Both the position numbers and the translations under genes were made by a program. The notes under the pieces are model-generated. The model saw only the letters and a program-made list of their open reading frames with translations. It made no database searches and was not told the DNA's origin. DNA of 57,135 bases, the filler included, from Sphacelaria rigidula (lineage: Eukaryota): assembly GCA_964200075.2 (NCBI GenBank). It is 6 parts of 6 records of this genome, joined end to end, with 100 filler letters (N's around TTAATTAATTAA, not from the genome) between each part and the next. Parts side by side here need not be neighbours in the genome. Positions count along the whole stretch, not along the records: positions 19,081 to 28,519 come from CAXNAA020008497.1; positions 28,620 to 38,058 come from CAXNAA020008498.1; 4 more parts are not named here. One strand, 5' to 3'. Of the stretch, positions 24,002 to 36,419 are shown piece after piece. How positions within the stretch are numbered: the first letter of the stretch is position 1; each line of letters opens with the position of its first letter.

Positions 24002-24721
24002 CTGGAAAGTGGGATGGGCAAAGTTATCCGTTGAGTCTAAAACACCACGTATCGGCGATTTGCACTTGCACATTTCAACTTGCGTCCGTAGTGTTGATGT
24101 TAGAGTGTTGGGAAACTTGAAGGTTTGGCTGATTTGATCAGTTGAGATTAGATCATACTTCGAATATGTGAAGGAAACCCTAGGACTGACCTGTGAAGAA
24201 CAAACCACACGAACAAACCACACATACGACAAAACAGCACATGTAACACGCTTTCTAATATTTGTTCGGTCTCTTAAGTACATTAATCTGTGACGAACCT
24301 AAGCGGAGAACCTGTTTCTCTAGAACAGATATGACAGACAGAAATACAGTGTCTGTCTAGAGCAGAGGAGGCTGACATACGTGGAATACGTGTTCGCTTG
24401 AAATAGAAGTGACCGATAAAGGTAGAAGGCCTGTTCAGCTGGAGAAAGTTTTCCAAAACATTGTCCGGTGCTCTTTTAGTGTGGAGTACAGTTTCCAAAA
24501 CGTTGCAAGACGTGTCATATTGCATAGACATATCTAGAACATGCAGGGAGGGCGGTATAGTTCTGTTCTATCTCAAGTGTGATAAAATATGAATATCCAA
24601 TGATTTGTCACTCCCAACCAGTATTTGATCCCTAAATTCTTCAGTTTAACCGGCCGGTCACACAGCTAAAACAGTATGTTACTTCAGCCTCAGACGGTAA
24701 CAGGTTTTATCTCTCGAGTAC

Positions 24722-25097
24722 GTGTGTGTTGTGTGTGTTGTCATCCCATCTATTCTGGACGCCTGTCTACACCAATCGGCATTTGTGGGCGCACCAGCCG
24801 GGCGCACCAGCCCCCGTCACACAGGAGTGAGACCAACACAGAAATTTATAATTTTCTTTCCCTGAATTCTCCACCTTTCTTCTGCGGTGCTTGCGTTTGC
24901 TTTTGATCGTGAGAGGGGTCCAGTTGTCCCTTTTCCTCGTCAACCGTCAAGTCAGATGTTGTGTACCCACGACATAGTCGCTCTCGACGGTTGGACATTG
25001 TGTGAGAAAAAAATCTCAGATCGCTCCGAGAGTCGAACTCACGATCAAACCGTCGCAAGGTTTCGAATTTACCAACTGAGCCACCCGGGCGACCGGC
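24722..25097 (-). mobile_element. tRNA-derived SINE-like element, family S1 (from memory resembles the abundant brown algal 'Sower'-type repeat)
   Basis: Minus strand begins GCCGGTCGCCCGGGTGGCTCAGTTGGTA (A box), has GAGTTCGACTC (B box) and ends GGGATGACAACACACAACACACAC. A tail fragment also occurs at about 10457-10515. Confidence 0.7.
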
Positions 25098-28000
25098 GTC
25101 GACTACTGACGGAAAAATACAACATAGATATACACGCAGGGCGGCCTACGTGCGCGTGCGTATCGAGATCCCGCGCATTTAGATATTCTCCTGCACATGT
25201 GCAGATACCAGGTTTAGCGCGGCAAGAAAATAAGTGGCTTTCAACGGTCGGTGCACCGCCGTAGAGGACACACGGCACTCTTGTCTCATTTACGGCAGTT
25301 GCGCACAAGATAATCAGAGCGTATGGAGATCTCGGAAACGTTCTCAGATATCTTCTGGTTTAGAACGATTTTGCCACACGTGTGCAGATGGTTTGCGAGT
25401 TTTGCAATGGATTTTGACAAATGTTGCGGAGTGTTCTGTCAGTTTCGAAGAACTTTTAGCAACGTGGCCAGGTACTCTGTCCGTTCAGAACAACTCACGC
25501 GAACGTTGCCAGGTATTCTATTTTTCAGAAGAAGTTGGGCAAAACATATTTTCATGTGGATCGTGGGATGTTCCAGATCAAATATCTGGAACGAGTCGGA
25601 TATGGTCCTGTCCTGTCATACGTGTCGAACAGACGTACCGAAAATAGCGTTGTGTGTCCGGTGTGGTGCTGTGGTATCGCCGACAGATTTAAGGTGTACC
25701 GTACGGTGTATTCGTTTTCGGCATACGTTGATCGCGTACCACACAATATTCAACTATGCATGCATAATGTAGCGCGTGCCTTGATACCTTCCTCCCTTGA
25801 ACTTCGACATTTTGTTTATGTTTTGCTGAGTGTTTCAAGTGTATCCTTGTGTACAATATGAAACCGCAGGTGTGGACGTCAACGTAAGCTCTGGCGCTTT
25901 ATCCCCACCCTGGCAGTAGCAGCGAAAACCCAAAAGGAGAGACGGTTATCCGCGGACTACACGCAGAGCTGGACCGAACATTATGTGAGAAACGGGACAT
26001 GCAGTTTTCGTACGCATTGGGGCTGTTGTTACGAAAGCGTGATACTGCACTATTATTTCTGCAGCTTAGTATGGTCCTGATGATAGTCACGGGGTAGTGA
26101 CCGCGTAGTACCATCAAGCGTGCCGATAGTGAATGCTACAGTGGCGACAACAAGATGGCGGGCTCGGGAGTATAGAAGAACGCTGGACGGAAAACGTGCT
26201 GGTTGTTTCATGTACCATGCAGTTTTATCACACGGAATGCAGCGCTAAGCCGGTTGGCAAGAAGTGTAGACCGTAAACAAACCGACGCCATTACGGTACT
26301 CGTGCGGGAACTGCTATTGCCTCATTACCCAGGTACTTAGAGCTGAATTATGCCGACAAATACTGACTTTGCATTTTGGAATACCTCATGTGGAGATTGA
26401 GGGTTATGTGGCGATGTTCCTCGCCGAAGAAGATTGTTGCTCAAGCAGGTGTCGTCAACGATTAAACACAACCGTAGGTGAGCCACATTCATTGTAGGAC
26501 TGGATAGGAAATGCATGCAGAACAGCTGAGAATTCTGACTCTGCCATTTCTGACAGTAACTGAATCGTGTTTCATGTGTTCCTCAACTGAATAATACAAG
26601 CTGTGGGTCTACCTTCGTCAAAGTGAGTCTCTATGACTTATGGCACAGCGGACCGCTGGTGCGCGAGGGGGAGGGGGGGGGAAATGGGGGAGGGGGGGGG
26701 GAAGGGGGTACTCATTTGCTGCTTGCTTCAGTCGTTTGACCATTGGCCATGCATCCCTTGCGAGACGGAGCAGCTGGTGTGTGAAGGAACTCCAGATATT
26801 TGATCAGGAACAGGTGATAAGCGCCTGTACCTACTTCATATTGAACGAAAGCAGCTCTCAACATCTGCCAACCTGAGGAGAAGAAAACGCAGCGACGACC
26901 GAGAAGTGTTTCTTTCCAAAAAGCGACGACCGAGAAGTGTTTCAGAGTTGACCCCACACCCCCGATTTCGACACTCAAAATGGGAGCGGACTGAAACTCC
27001 TAGTACGTATATCGTCAGACGTGAAGTGAAGTTGACGTACGCGATGACAGCATGTTCCTGAAAACGCAGTATTGGCGTACGCTGCTTCACGACAATGACA
27101 GCCGTTGACGGCGAGTCAGAAAATTGAGACTGAGGTGGTGGCTCAAGAAGCAGGACATCGGCTGGATTCAGGCGTTACCGGCCTGCAGAATATCGCACGC
27201 TGCATCACAAGAGCGCAAGGACCCGGCCCACGGACGAGTATCTGCGTGCCCTAGACCCCTCCCGCAGCTACGGCCGATCCCTTCAGGGTGCCTTTGACCC
27301 TTCAGGTACCGTGGTCACCTTTGCAGACACGCCAGAGTACGATGGATTGCGTTTCGTCTTTTGGGGGGGTCGATGGAACCGACAACACCTGTGGAGGATA
27401 TATTTACCAGCTCCGGGGGGCCTGGCCACGACGTCGCCAGTCTTTACAGACTCTGCCGAGTGCAATACAGTAGAATATTGTCCAGCCCATGAGCATATGA
27501 GGCGGGATAAACCGGATTCTGCTTGTGTATTTATATTTCGAGCGTACACAGCAGCAGTCAGAAAATGACTTGACCCTCCCTGAGCCCGGAACGTGCACAA
27601 TTCAATCGTGTTTACCCATTTATTCATGACGGGAATACATTCGACAGTAATGCTTTTCCAGTTTTTGTGTCTTCCCATGAGAAGTGGTCTGAGTGCCGCA
27701 TAATTTTGCCCGAGGACGGGCGGTATGTCGAGCATTTGCGGGCTTTCGCATCGCGGGAGACCACTGATGGTTAGCGTTTTCCCGTGCGGTAAGAACAGTA
27801 ACGGGGTGCGACGTTGAGAAAGACGTGTATCATATTTGGCAAAGGTCGAACTCACGCTTTGTACCGCAGTTGACGAAAAAAGGAGGCATTATCCAACTTT
27901 CGCGCGTGTTTGGTACGCATTGTAACTTTTTTAATTTCTCTTTGAAAACGTGCATGACGTTTGCCGCATGACATCGTTGGGTACCGTTGCCTCATTTGAA

Positions 28001-28519
28001 CAGTGGGCACCCCGGAAAATCAGCTTTTCTGCTCGTTCCCTGCAGTCTGGGGCACGCTCGACCCAAATATTGCCCACACCACGACTGCACTGCATGTACA
28101 TATCTTCTGCTGCTCTTGGTAGGGATCATGATATTTTGGGGCGCTTGTTCTGATGGCTTGACACGGTATGATGGGAAATGGAAGGTACACACGTGCCCCC
28201 AAACCGCTCATCATAAAACCGTCGTTCTTCTTTTCCTGCAGCTGGAAAATGGGGAAGTGCACGCAAGGTTTCCAAGAGTACACTATCCTTTATCGCGGCC
28301 TAGGCTTTAAATCCCGAGAATGTGGTCTGCCAGTCTCGCAGACATTTGGAGCACGGCAATCATTTGCGTCAGTGGCCCCTCTGCGGCCTCGGGCGCTATA
28401 TCAGACAAGAAATACAAAGTTTTTGGAGCATGATTAGGTGAGCAGTTAACAGCCGATTTTCGAAAATGGGGTTGAATAAAAATGAGGTTCAACTCAAAAG
28501 CCGTGCTTTCCCTGACCTG

Positions 28520-28619
28520 NNNNNNNNNNNNNNNNNNNNNNNNNNNNNNNNNNNNNNNNNNNNTTAATTAATTAANNNNNNNNNNNNNNNNNNNNNNNNN
28601 NNNNNNNNNNNNNNNNNNN
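28520..28619. other. Artificial contig spacer
   Basis: N-run with TTAATTAATTAA. Confidence 0.97.
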
Positions 28620-28690
28620 GTACAGTACAGTACAGTACGGTACAGTACAGTACAGTACAGTACAGTACAGTACAGTACAGTGCAGTGTAG
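28620..28690. repeat. (GTACA)n pentanucleotide microsatellite
   Basis: About 12 tandem units at the contig start. Confidence 0.95.
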
Positions 28691-29378
28691 TAGGGGACGG
28701 TACGCTACGTTATAGCAGTACGGTACATACAACACGGCAGTACTTCAAAGAAAAGAAAAAGCCGCATAGCAACAAGTTTGCACCGTGCCACCCACAGCGG
28801 TGGTGCCAGACGTTGTGGCCTCTAACGAGACTTCAGTGCAGCCAGGTGGAGCACTGCTGCTGCGCGATAGACCGATTCATTCACACCACCTTCTTACAGC
28901 TGTACACGAGACTGGAAAAGTTAGGAGCTATACCCAAGGCAGCATCTTGTCCACACAGAGCATTCAGACTTCATTCAACGCAACCAAACGAATGCTGATA
29001 CCATGGCGGCGGCAGGGAGGTCTCCTGTCTGCGATGGCAAGCGTAGCTACTTCTTCGTGACTGGTCAAATGTAGTGAGGATGACAACTGTGATGGATTTC
29101 ACACTTTGCTAGTTACGGTATATTGATGATGAACTGGTTCTGGCAGTAGGGTGGGAGTGATGGTGATTTCTCTTCGTTCCATCCTGAGTTCTGAAGCGAC
29201 ACTTTAGACTTCAGGGCGGAGGGCTCAAAATAGGGCTCTGATTATGAAAAGTTCATTCTGGACTTTTCTTCAGGATCGAACCTTTGCCGGTACCGGTTTA
29301 TCTCCTTCCGTCGTGATCCTGAAGTGCGAGAAAGCAGCTTCCAAAACTCTTTTGTAGCGACTGTCGTACAGGAGAGAG

Positions 29379-29670
29379 CAGCGGAACTCAATCGCTTGTG
29401 ATTGCCTGCTGCAGTATCGGTGCACGCGTATTGTGCTGTTTGCACAATACGGAAAGGAGACCGATAAGCTGGTTCTGTTGAAATGTTGTTCAGCCAGTAG
29501 TCTAGCTGTTGGCTTCTTTGGGGGTAGCGGAGCTCAATCGTTCGTGATTGCCTGCTGCACTATCGGTGCACGTGTATTGTACTGTTTGCACAGAACGGAA
29601 AATAGACCGATAAGTTGGTTCTGTTGAAATCTTATACAGCCAGTAGTTTAGCTGTTCGTTTCTTTGTGGG
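29379..29670. repeat. About 147-bp diverged tandem duplication
   Basis: agcgga.ctcaatcg...gattgcctgctgca.tatcggtgcacg...gaccgataag.tggttctgttgaaat...cagccagtagt occurs twice. Confidence 0.9.
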
Positions 29671-30811
29671 CTTTGACTCTGCAGCAAAATCGCGACACCA
29701 TTGGTTCCGGGCCAGAATGGGACCCAAAGCCTACACCTGGACGCAGTACAGTTTCATGCATATCCTTACATCGTATCTCTCTCGTTTGCCACGTAAGTTA
29801 GTAGGATACGACAGTGTGCTGCCATTGTTTGTAAGTAGTGTACTGTATTCAGGTACCTAGATCACGTAGCTTGCAGTAGATCTAGTCTGTGAGCTGGCAG
29901 ACCACCACGTCAGTGTTGAGGATGCGTTTAGTCTCACGTACGTGTTGAAGTTTCGTTTTTGTCTTAAGGATTGAGTGCGCTGAGCTTGGTCAACTCGACC
30001 ACCTACATGCAATCAAACTTCTTCACTACCTTCAGGTTTCTGCTGTGAGAAGAGACTGTGCGTTCTGTTTTGTCGTGGCGAAGTGAAGAGCCCAATCAAC
30101 CATCTGTCTCATCGACTCTTATTTTGAGCTGCAGAAGCAAGTGGTCTCACAACCACTGGTGCAACCTCTGCCCTACACGACTGTTGGCTGAACAGTAGTC
30201 AGCCTGCCCCAAGAGCAGTGCTACAGAACACGAGCCATTCCAACAGGTCCATGCTTTGGATTGTGTATGTCTAGTGTGTTGTGTATTTTTGGAGCGTGCA
30301 ACATTTTGTTGGGAATATCAAAATCAACAGAGATTGATGGGTACGTCATTCGACACCACAGCACAACACGATAATGAAGTGCGCAACACAACGGAAGAGG
30401 ATGTCGTGTACACGCTACTACTCGGAGTATATGCAAGAGGACGACATCGATATTTCACGTGGAAAATGAATGTGAGACCCGTAGCATCTCGTTCTACAAG
30501 CAGGTAGGACACGCACACATGATGCGGACTAGTCATGGCCACGGTAGGCCTCGAGGATGGCAAAGTACCTTGTCCTGTTATGACGTTGACCGAAATGGAT
30601 TTCAGAGCACCACCATAGTTTAACGCAGTGTACACCGCCGGGCTCTTCCCTGCTAAACCCTGCAACCGAACCTGACCGGCTTGCTCCTCAACAAACCCAC
30701 AAATGAATTGTGCGTCTTTCTTACGGTGAGCAAGGCCACAGATGACGGCCGAAGAGTACATAAGCATCACGTTTCGAACATGTTGATACCTGTCCCACAA
30801 TGGTTTTGAGA

Positions 30812-31886
30812 CGATCCCCAAGTTGGTAGTGCACGTGAGGGCGCCGGTTGTAATGCGTGGGAGGAGCGTGTGCTTAGGGGACCGCATCGGAATTTGAACA
30901 TCCCTGTAGTTGGGGTAAGGGTCAGGGTTCGTGCTGGGGTTAGGGTCAGGGGCGTGGTCCCCGCAGGGACTGGCCCGATTGGGTTTGAAAAACGTCGATC
31001 CTGAGGTGCTTTGAACTACAATACGACGCGGTCCCCAAAGCACGCGGTCCTCCCACGCATTACACCAGCAACGCTTTGTCATGATGCTGTAGTATAAATA
31101 TCGTGCGTCTTGTGCTCGTAGATGTAGGTCCAGTAATTCAACCACAATAGAATGAGCTATCGCTTCGGGGTAATGTCAGTATCCCTTTCCTCACTGTGTC
31201 TGTACAACGCCGCGCTATGCAACACGGACCAGCAATCACAGGAAAATTTTGGAGAATCTTTGAGGTGTGTATGGAAGACGCGCTCCGCCAAGAGAGTCGG
31301 AATACTACTCCTTCCCTGCAAGGACGAATCATGACTTAGACCGCTCAGACGCGTACGCAGCACGGCGAAGGATCTGGCGGGGGTGCACAGCAGCATCGAC
31401 TAGGCACTCTCCACTCTGCGTTTTGATACCTACAGCAAGTGGATGAAGCGTCGCGTAGAGTGTGTCTGTCATAGGTATGAAATAAGGCACCAAAACATAG
31501 AGTGGACAGAGTCAAGTCGGTGCTGTACACCCCCGCCAGGTCCTTGACCGTGCTGCATACGTGTCTGGGCTGTCTCAATCATCAATCATCCTTGGAGGGA
31601 AGTAGCAGAATTTCTCTCCCTGACTGTACGGAGCGTATCTTTCATATACACCTCAAAGATCCCCTCTTTCCCCCCTGGTGTTGGTCCGTATTGTCTAGCG
31701 CGGCGCTGTACAGATAGAGTAAAGGAGGGGATCCCGACATGGACCCCGAGCGGTAATATGTTCTATCGTGGTTGGGTTACTAGGCCAAGATCTACGGACA
31801 CAAGACGCACGGTGTTAGTTTTGCAGCATTACGAGAAACAGTTGCCGCCCCTTCCCCCCCGAGCACTACCAACTTGGTGGGGATCG
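30812..31886. mobile_element. Foldback element with about 400-bp diverged inverted arms and an about 55-bp loop
   Basis: 31065-31430 is the reverse complement of about 31485-31845 (e.g. ctgtacaacgccgcgcta / tagcgcggcgctgtacag; ctggcgggggtgcacagca / tgctgtacacccccgccag). The match resumes beyond the nested MITE (cgatcccca.agttggtagtgc / gcactaccaacttggtggggatcg). Confidence 0.8.
30849..31064 (-). mobile_element. MITE family B (TGT...ACA termini, telomere-like core), copy 1, nested in the foldback arm
   Basis: TIR TGTAATGCGTGGGAGGA/TCCTCCCACGCATTACA; flanks CCGGT/CCAGC; inverted homolog at 44049-44259. Confidence 0.85.
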
Positions 31887-32059
31887 CTTCCAGACATAAG
31901 TAGGAACCTTCACAAGCATCCATACAATTTGGCGGAAAACGCATATTGTATACATTTCGACCGTTGTCTGTGGCCTCGCTCATCTTAAAAAAAACCTCCA
32001 TCCGCAATTTGTAAAACCCGGTGTTATTCAATGAAAGTAAAGGCCAGATTCGGTGTCCC

Positions 32060-32720
32060 TCTAGAACATTACCAACTAAGAAACCCTTTTTTTGAATCGT
32101 CCATCACTCCGCGAAATATTGATCTTTTTCCATTCTGGTTTTTGCTGCGTGTGCACACGAGCACGACGCTTCGTTTAAGCTACTGCACGTACTTTTTTCA
32201 ATATAAAACACCATCCGATAGCACTGAGAATAAATGCGTGTGTGTCTTCATCTGAAATCAGCTTGGTCGATCGGCTGCTAAGTATGCAGAAAGTAAGGGT
32301 GGTCTAGAACTTGCAGCAGAGGCCGTAGAAGCGGTACGCAGCGGTCGCATGACCTTTCATGCTACTGCAAAGACCTTCGACGTCTCCGTTGGTTCGCTGC
32401 AGAAGCTTGTCAGTGATAGCGTAGGCATAGCTGGCAGGGTTGGCCCGGGTATTGTACTGTCAACGGCGGAAGAAAATTCAATCAAAGATATGCTGAAATT
32501 TGCCGCAGCTCGTCAACGGGCCTGAACTGAAATTGCCTGAAACAGGCGTGATGGCACTGTGCAGCCCAAACCGCCCGGTGCCATAAGACCTGACAGTAGG
32601 CTCAGGTCGAAACTCGATCGACTTGTTCTTTCGGAGGCACCCGCGGCTAGGTGAGCGCAGCAACCGCATCTACAAGGCCGACAGGGTGGTGTGGCCGACG
32701 AAGAAGATCGCATGCCAGAG
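32060..32720 (+). mobile_element. pogo/Fot1-like (Tc1/mariner) transposon 5' remnant with psq-type and CENP-B-type HTH coding region
   Basis: About 32280-32525 reads LELAAEAVEAVRSGRMTFHATAKTFDVSVGSLQKLVS...VGPGIVLSTAEENSIKDML; a frameshifted FFRRHPRLGER follows at about 32626; no DDE domain seen. Confidence 0.75.
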
Positions 32721-33374
32721 TATTGTGCGGCCTGTGAGGACTACGTGGACAAGAAAAAACCAGCAACCGACCACAGATGAAAACCTGACGAGACAGGTGC
32801 TTCACAATCTGTCAAGAGTCGTTCCATTTATGTGATACAACGCTGTCCAGAGGTTGGTACCTGCCCTGGCAGCTTGTTCACAATGAGTGGAGAAGAAACA
32901 ATTCAATATTGGGAAAGAAAAGAAAGTGACCGTCGTGGGGATCAAGAACTCCGACCTACAACGCCGATAATCACACATCGAGAAAATCTCCCGCGGGCCA
33001 TACAAATATCCCGCGAGGTGTTCTCAGTCTTGTTCTGGACAGCGTTGCTTTCTACCGAGACTTCCAAATAAACATATCTTACAATACCCCGGAAGATATC
33101 TGCGGATGCAGAATTGACCAATATACGAATACCACCCCTTGGGCATTTTTGATATCAACGAGTAGTTTTGTAGAATCAACTCTCAGAACCCAACAAATAT
33201 GTATTGCTTCACTCGATACCCAACAAAAACATTCGGTGATGGACAAAAGCTACACGAGTTAACGCTTTGGTCAGAATATCAGCGTGTTACTCGTTACTCC
33301 GTATGTGTTCCAACGCTAGCCTCTTTTTGTCCCCTAACTCCTTTAGGAAAGGATGACAAAAATCTATATGCTTA

Positions 33375-33630
33375 GAGTCAAGCTACGATAGGGAGGAGGG
33401 GGGGGGGTGATTCCACGAAAAAATGGGCTCATAGGTGCGTGAAACGATCTAAAACGTTTGTGGTACGCTTGTATTTGGGTAAAAGCGGCGTCAAGCAGTG
33501 TGAATGAGCGCTATTTAACGAGAGCAAGCGCGTTCGAGCAAATGTTGGCTGCTTTTAACGAGGAATGAAGTAGACTTTCGTGGAAGAAAACGGCCCATAA
33601 TACCCCCCCCCCCCTAACGTAGCGTGACTC
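33375..33630. mobile_element. Non-autonomous DNA transposon with GAG...CTC termini and a 4-bp TSD (Sola-like), inserted in Copia RNase H
   Basis: TIR GAGTCAAGCTACGATAGGG / CCCTAACGTAGCGTGACTC; TSD CTTA on both sides; removal restores SSNSKHID. Confidence 0.85.
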
Positions 33631-35784
33631 CTTACTGTTCGATGAACCTATTAGATTTTCAGCTGAAGCAATCGTACCCTCATTATCCTCCAACACCCTG
33701 ATAGTCCCTGCTTTCCTGTCATCCACATACACCGTTGTTCCTATGTCTACATCAGGTCCTTAACGATATGTGAGCCCTAGGTCCGCCGGTGAATACAGGG
33801 ACTTGAAATCTCTTGTACTGCCTTCCAGCAGGTTTCCTTCGGGTCGTGCGAGTGTCGCGCCACGGCCCTCACTGCGTTGGAGATGTCAGGCCTGATTTGA
33901 TTGGCACTCCATATCAAACGCCCCACCATTTCGCGGAACGGCACATCCTTGACACCTTCGTCACCATTGACGGACCTGACACTCATAGAAGTAGAGGCGG
34001 GAAGAGAGCTAAAGCGGGAAATATCAAAACGTTCAAGTACGCCCCTAATGTAACTAGTCTGTGACAACTCGAAAACTCTGTTCTCCTTACACGCTTGTAC
34101 CATGTAAGATTCCATCCACACGCGTTTGCCAACGCTACGAGGAGACGAATGGTTGCAGTATTCGCAGTAGGTGCAAACACCTCAAGGAAATCAATCTCGT
34201 GCCGTTGACTAAAACCTTTTGGTACAAGCCTAGCCTTTGCCTTCACGATTTCGCCGTTGACATCAATAATCCACTTGGAAACCCATTTAGCGTTCACCAT
34301 GTTACTCCCTTCCGGAACCGATCCTACAAAGGTAAACGTCCCTGCAGCAAGCAACCCCTCGAACTCTGAATTCATAGCCCCCTCCCAAAGATGAGTATGT
34401 GCAGAGGCGCGGGCTTCGGCAATCGTTGTGGGCTCTGCCTCTTTGGCATGTTTGGCAGGTATATCGTTCGGCTTCTTCTTCGGTGTTATCTGCTCAGCAT
34501 TCAGCGCACGCAAGGTTTGGTCCCCGTTGATGGGCCTCAGCGAAGTTGGCAAACCGATCGCTTGTTGCTGGTTCAGCGCTCGAGTTCGTGCTCGCGTCCT
34601 GCTCTCCCTGCATTCTTTATCGTCATGTGGACCCACGTTGTACGCCTCGAGCTGTCTCAGCGCGTTGCGTGTTTGCGCTGGTACATCATCTCGACCAGGC
34701 ATGGCGTCGCTGCTGTTGCTGGAGGACGATGCAGGTGTTGATGGATGGTCGAGAGATGGCGAGGGCGATGTTGATGACGACTCGCCGCTGGATGATGATG
34801 CTAATGGTGATGAAGCGTCCAGCGGTAGTGGAGATTCCGCCGCCTCTGCTGGTTGTTGACTGTCCTCCATCTCCTGGGCCGGTAGCCGCACGCGGGGAAT
34901 TCCTCTTCCTGTCAGCGGCCACACATTCGCCAACTCATCGTCGCAGGGTTCATCCATCCCTCCCGATTCCGCTGTCGTCAGTGATTGCGGGGGCGGGAGA
35001 GACCCGCGGCGATGTTTACCGCGTGATTTCTCGGGTCTCGACAGTTTGTCTTCCCCGCGTCAGCACACGGTAAGAGTCGCGTGGATGCTCGCACGAAGGC
35101 CCGAGATAGAAGCAACTCTCAGCCTTGGGCAGCAGCTTCGATGGTCACTTCCATCGGCAGTAGGCCGGCTTGAGAAAGACATGTGGACTGGCCGGCATAG
35201 CCGCCCCGAACCACATTTCGTTGGATAATTTGTTGTTCGGGTTGAAGATCGAAGCAGTGCATGAAGCTGTTCACACGCCCGATGCATTGCCCCAGCCCAC
35301 AGCTTTTCGGTCTTCGGCAGCTAAACATGACCGAACAAAACCTTCGCCTGAATCCTTGCCGCCATTGCTGTCGCTTCAATGACTCCTAAAGCGCGCTCTG
35401 CAACCTGTCGAACTGGGGACTATTGCGGGGGGAAACTCCTGCTGAATCAAGAAATTATCACATACTGTTCCGAAAGTACCCCCGAAAAACTCTCCCCCGT
35501 CGTTAGATCTTACTATTTGTTTTATTGGATGAAATTCATCAAGTCGCATATCTGCGAGGAAACGGTTGAAAGCCTGATCAGAATCAGCCTTGCGTGTAAA
35601 GAGATACAGCCAGGATTCTCTGCTGTAATCGTCCTTGATGATCATTGGGTTGTGATTCCCCCTACAGATGCAATTCCTTTTCTGCCTTCTATGTCTACGA
35701 AAACTCTACCGAGCTTGGTTTGAGCTCAATTTTTTGTCTGATTACAAATACCGTTTCTGTATCCCTTCGTCATCGAGCACTCAG

Positions 35785-36419
35785 TGTGATGGTATATGAC
35801 CGCGTGCGAGAATTAAACTAGTACAGTAGGATACTACGTTTGATCTACAAACGATCGGCGGGTATGAAGAGATCCTAGTCGAAAGTGTGCTTGTGTACGA
35901 TATAATTCGATTGTTGAAGCGTTGATCCAGCAGTTCATAAGTTGGACAAGGATTGTACCCGATTAGCCGCGTGTACCTGCTACTACTACAGCTTTGATTG
36001 GCTAAAGGCACAGCGCGTCACGCTGATTAGCGAGGTAGGAGGACATGCTGACAAAACAGCGACCCATAGCCGTTGCTACCCTCCTCCTTCACTTGCAACC
36101 CATCGGTCAAAGAAAGGCTTCGTAGGACTAATTACAAGAAGGGTCATCAGCTTTCACCTGCTCTACCGACGTCTCATCCTCTGGCCTGCAAGCCGTTACT
36201 CAACAAATGAGTTACGTGTACCATAATCTCTCTCTATCCTCTGATTTTCCCTTTTCTCAAAAGACTCGGTGCTTACGCGCAATAGCAGCTGTAGCTGCTA
36301 CTGTGTGCCGTGTGTTAGAGAAATCTTACTGCCTTGAGTTAACCAGCCGAACACAGGATCAGCTTGTCATATCTATTTCTTTCGGGGTGCGACTTGCTTT
36401 GCTAGTGCATACTACGACA
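35785..36419. mobile_element. 635-bp solo-LTR-like insertion in the Copia integrase zinc finger
   Basis: TGTGATGGTAT...ATACTACGACA termini; TSD TCAG/CCAG; removal restores MRACTGCSMTKGY. Confidence 0.8.

Noticed and set aside
25020-25097. tRNA genes at 25020-25097 (-) and 22697-22770 (+)
   Set aside because: A and B boxes are present but there is no proper cloverleaf, and each continues into a repeat body, so these are SINE heads.
26223-27305. Plus-strand exon chain (FITRNAALSRLARS..., SRLTIGHASLARR...)
   Set aside because: Acceptors are partly weak, a competing minus-strand exon candidate exists near 26835-26872, and no domain is recognised; not supportable without transcripts.
30324-31145. 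273-aa minus-strand ORF
   Set aside because: Runs through the family B MITE and the foldback arm; a chance open frame.
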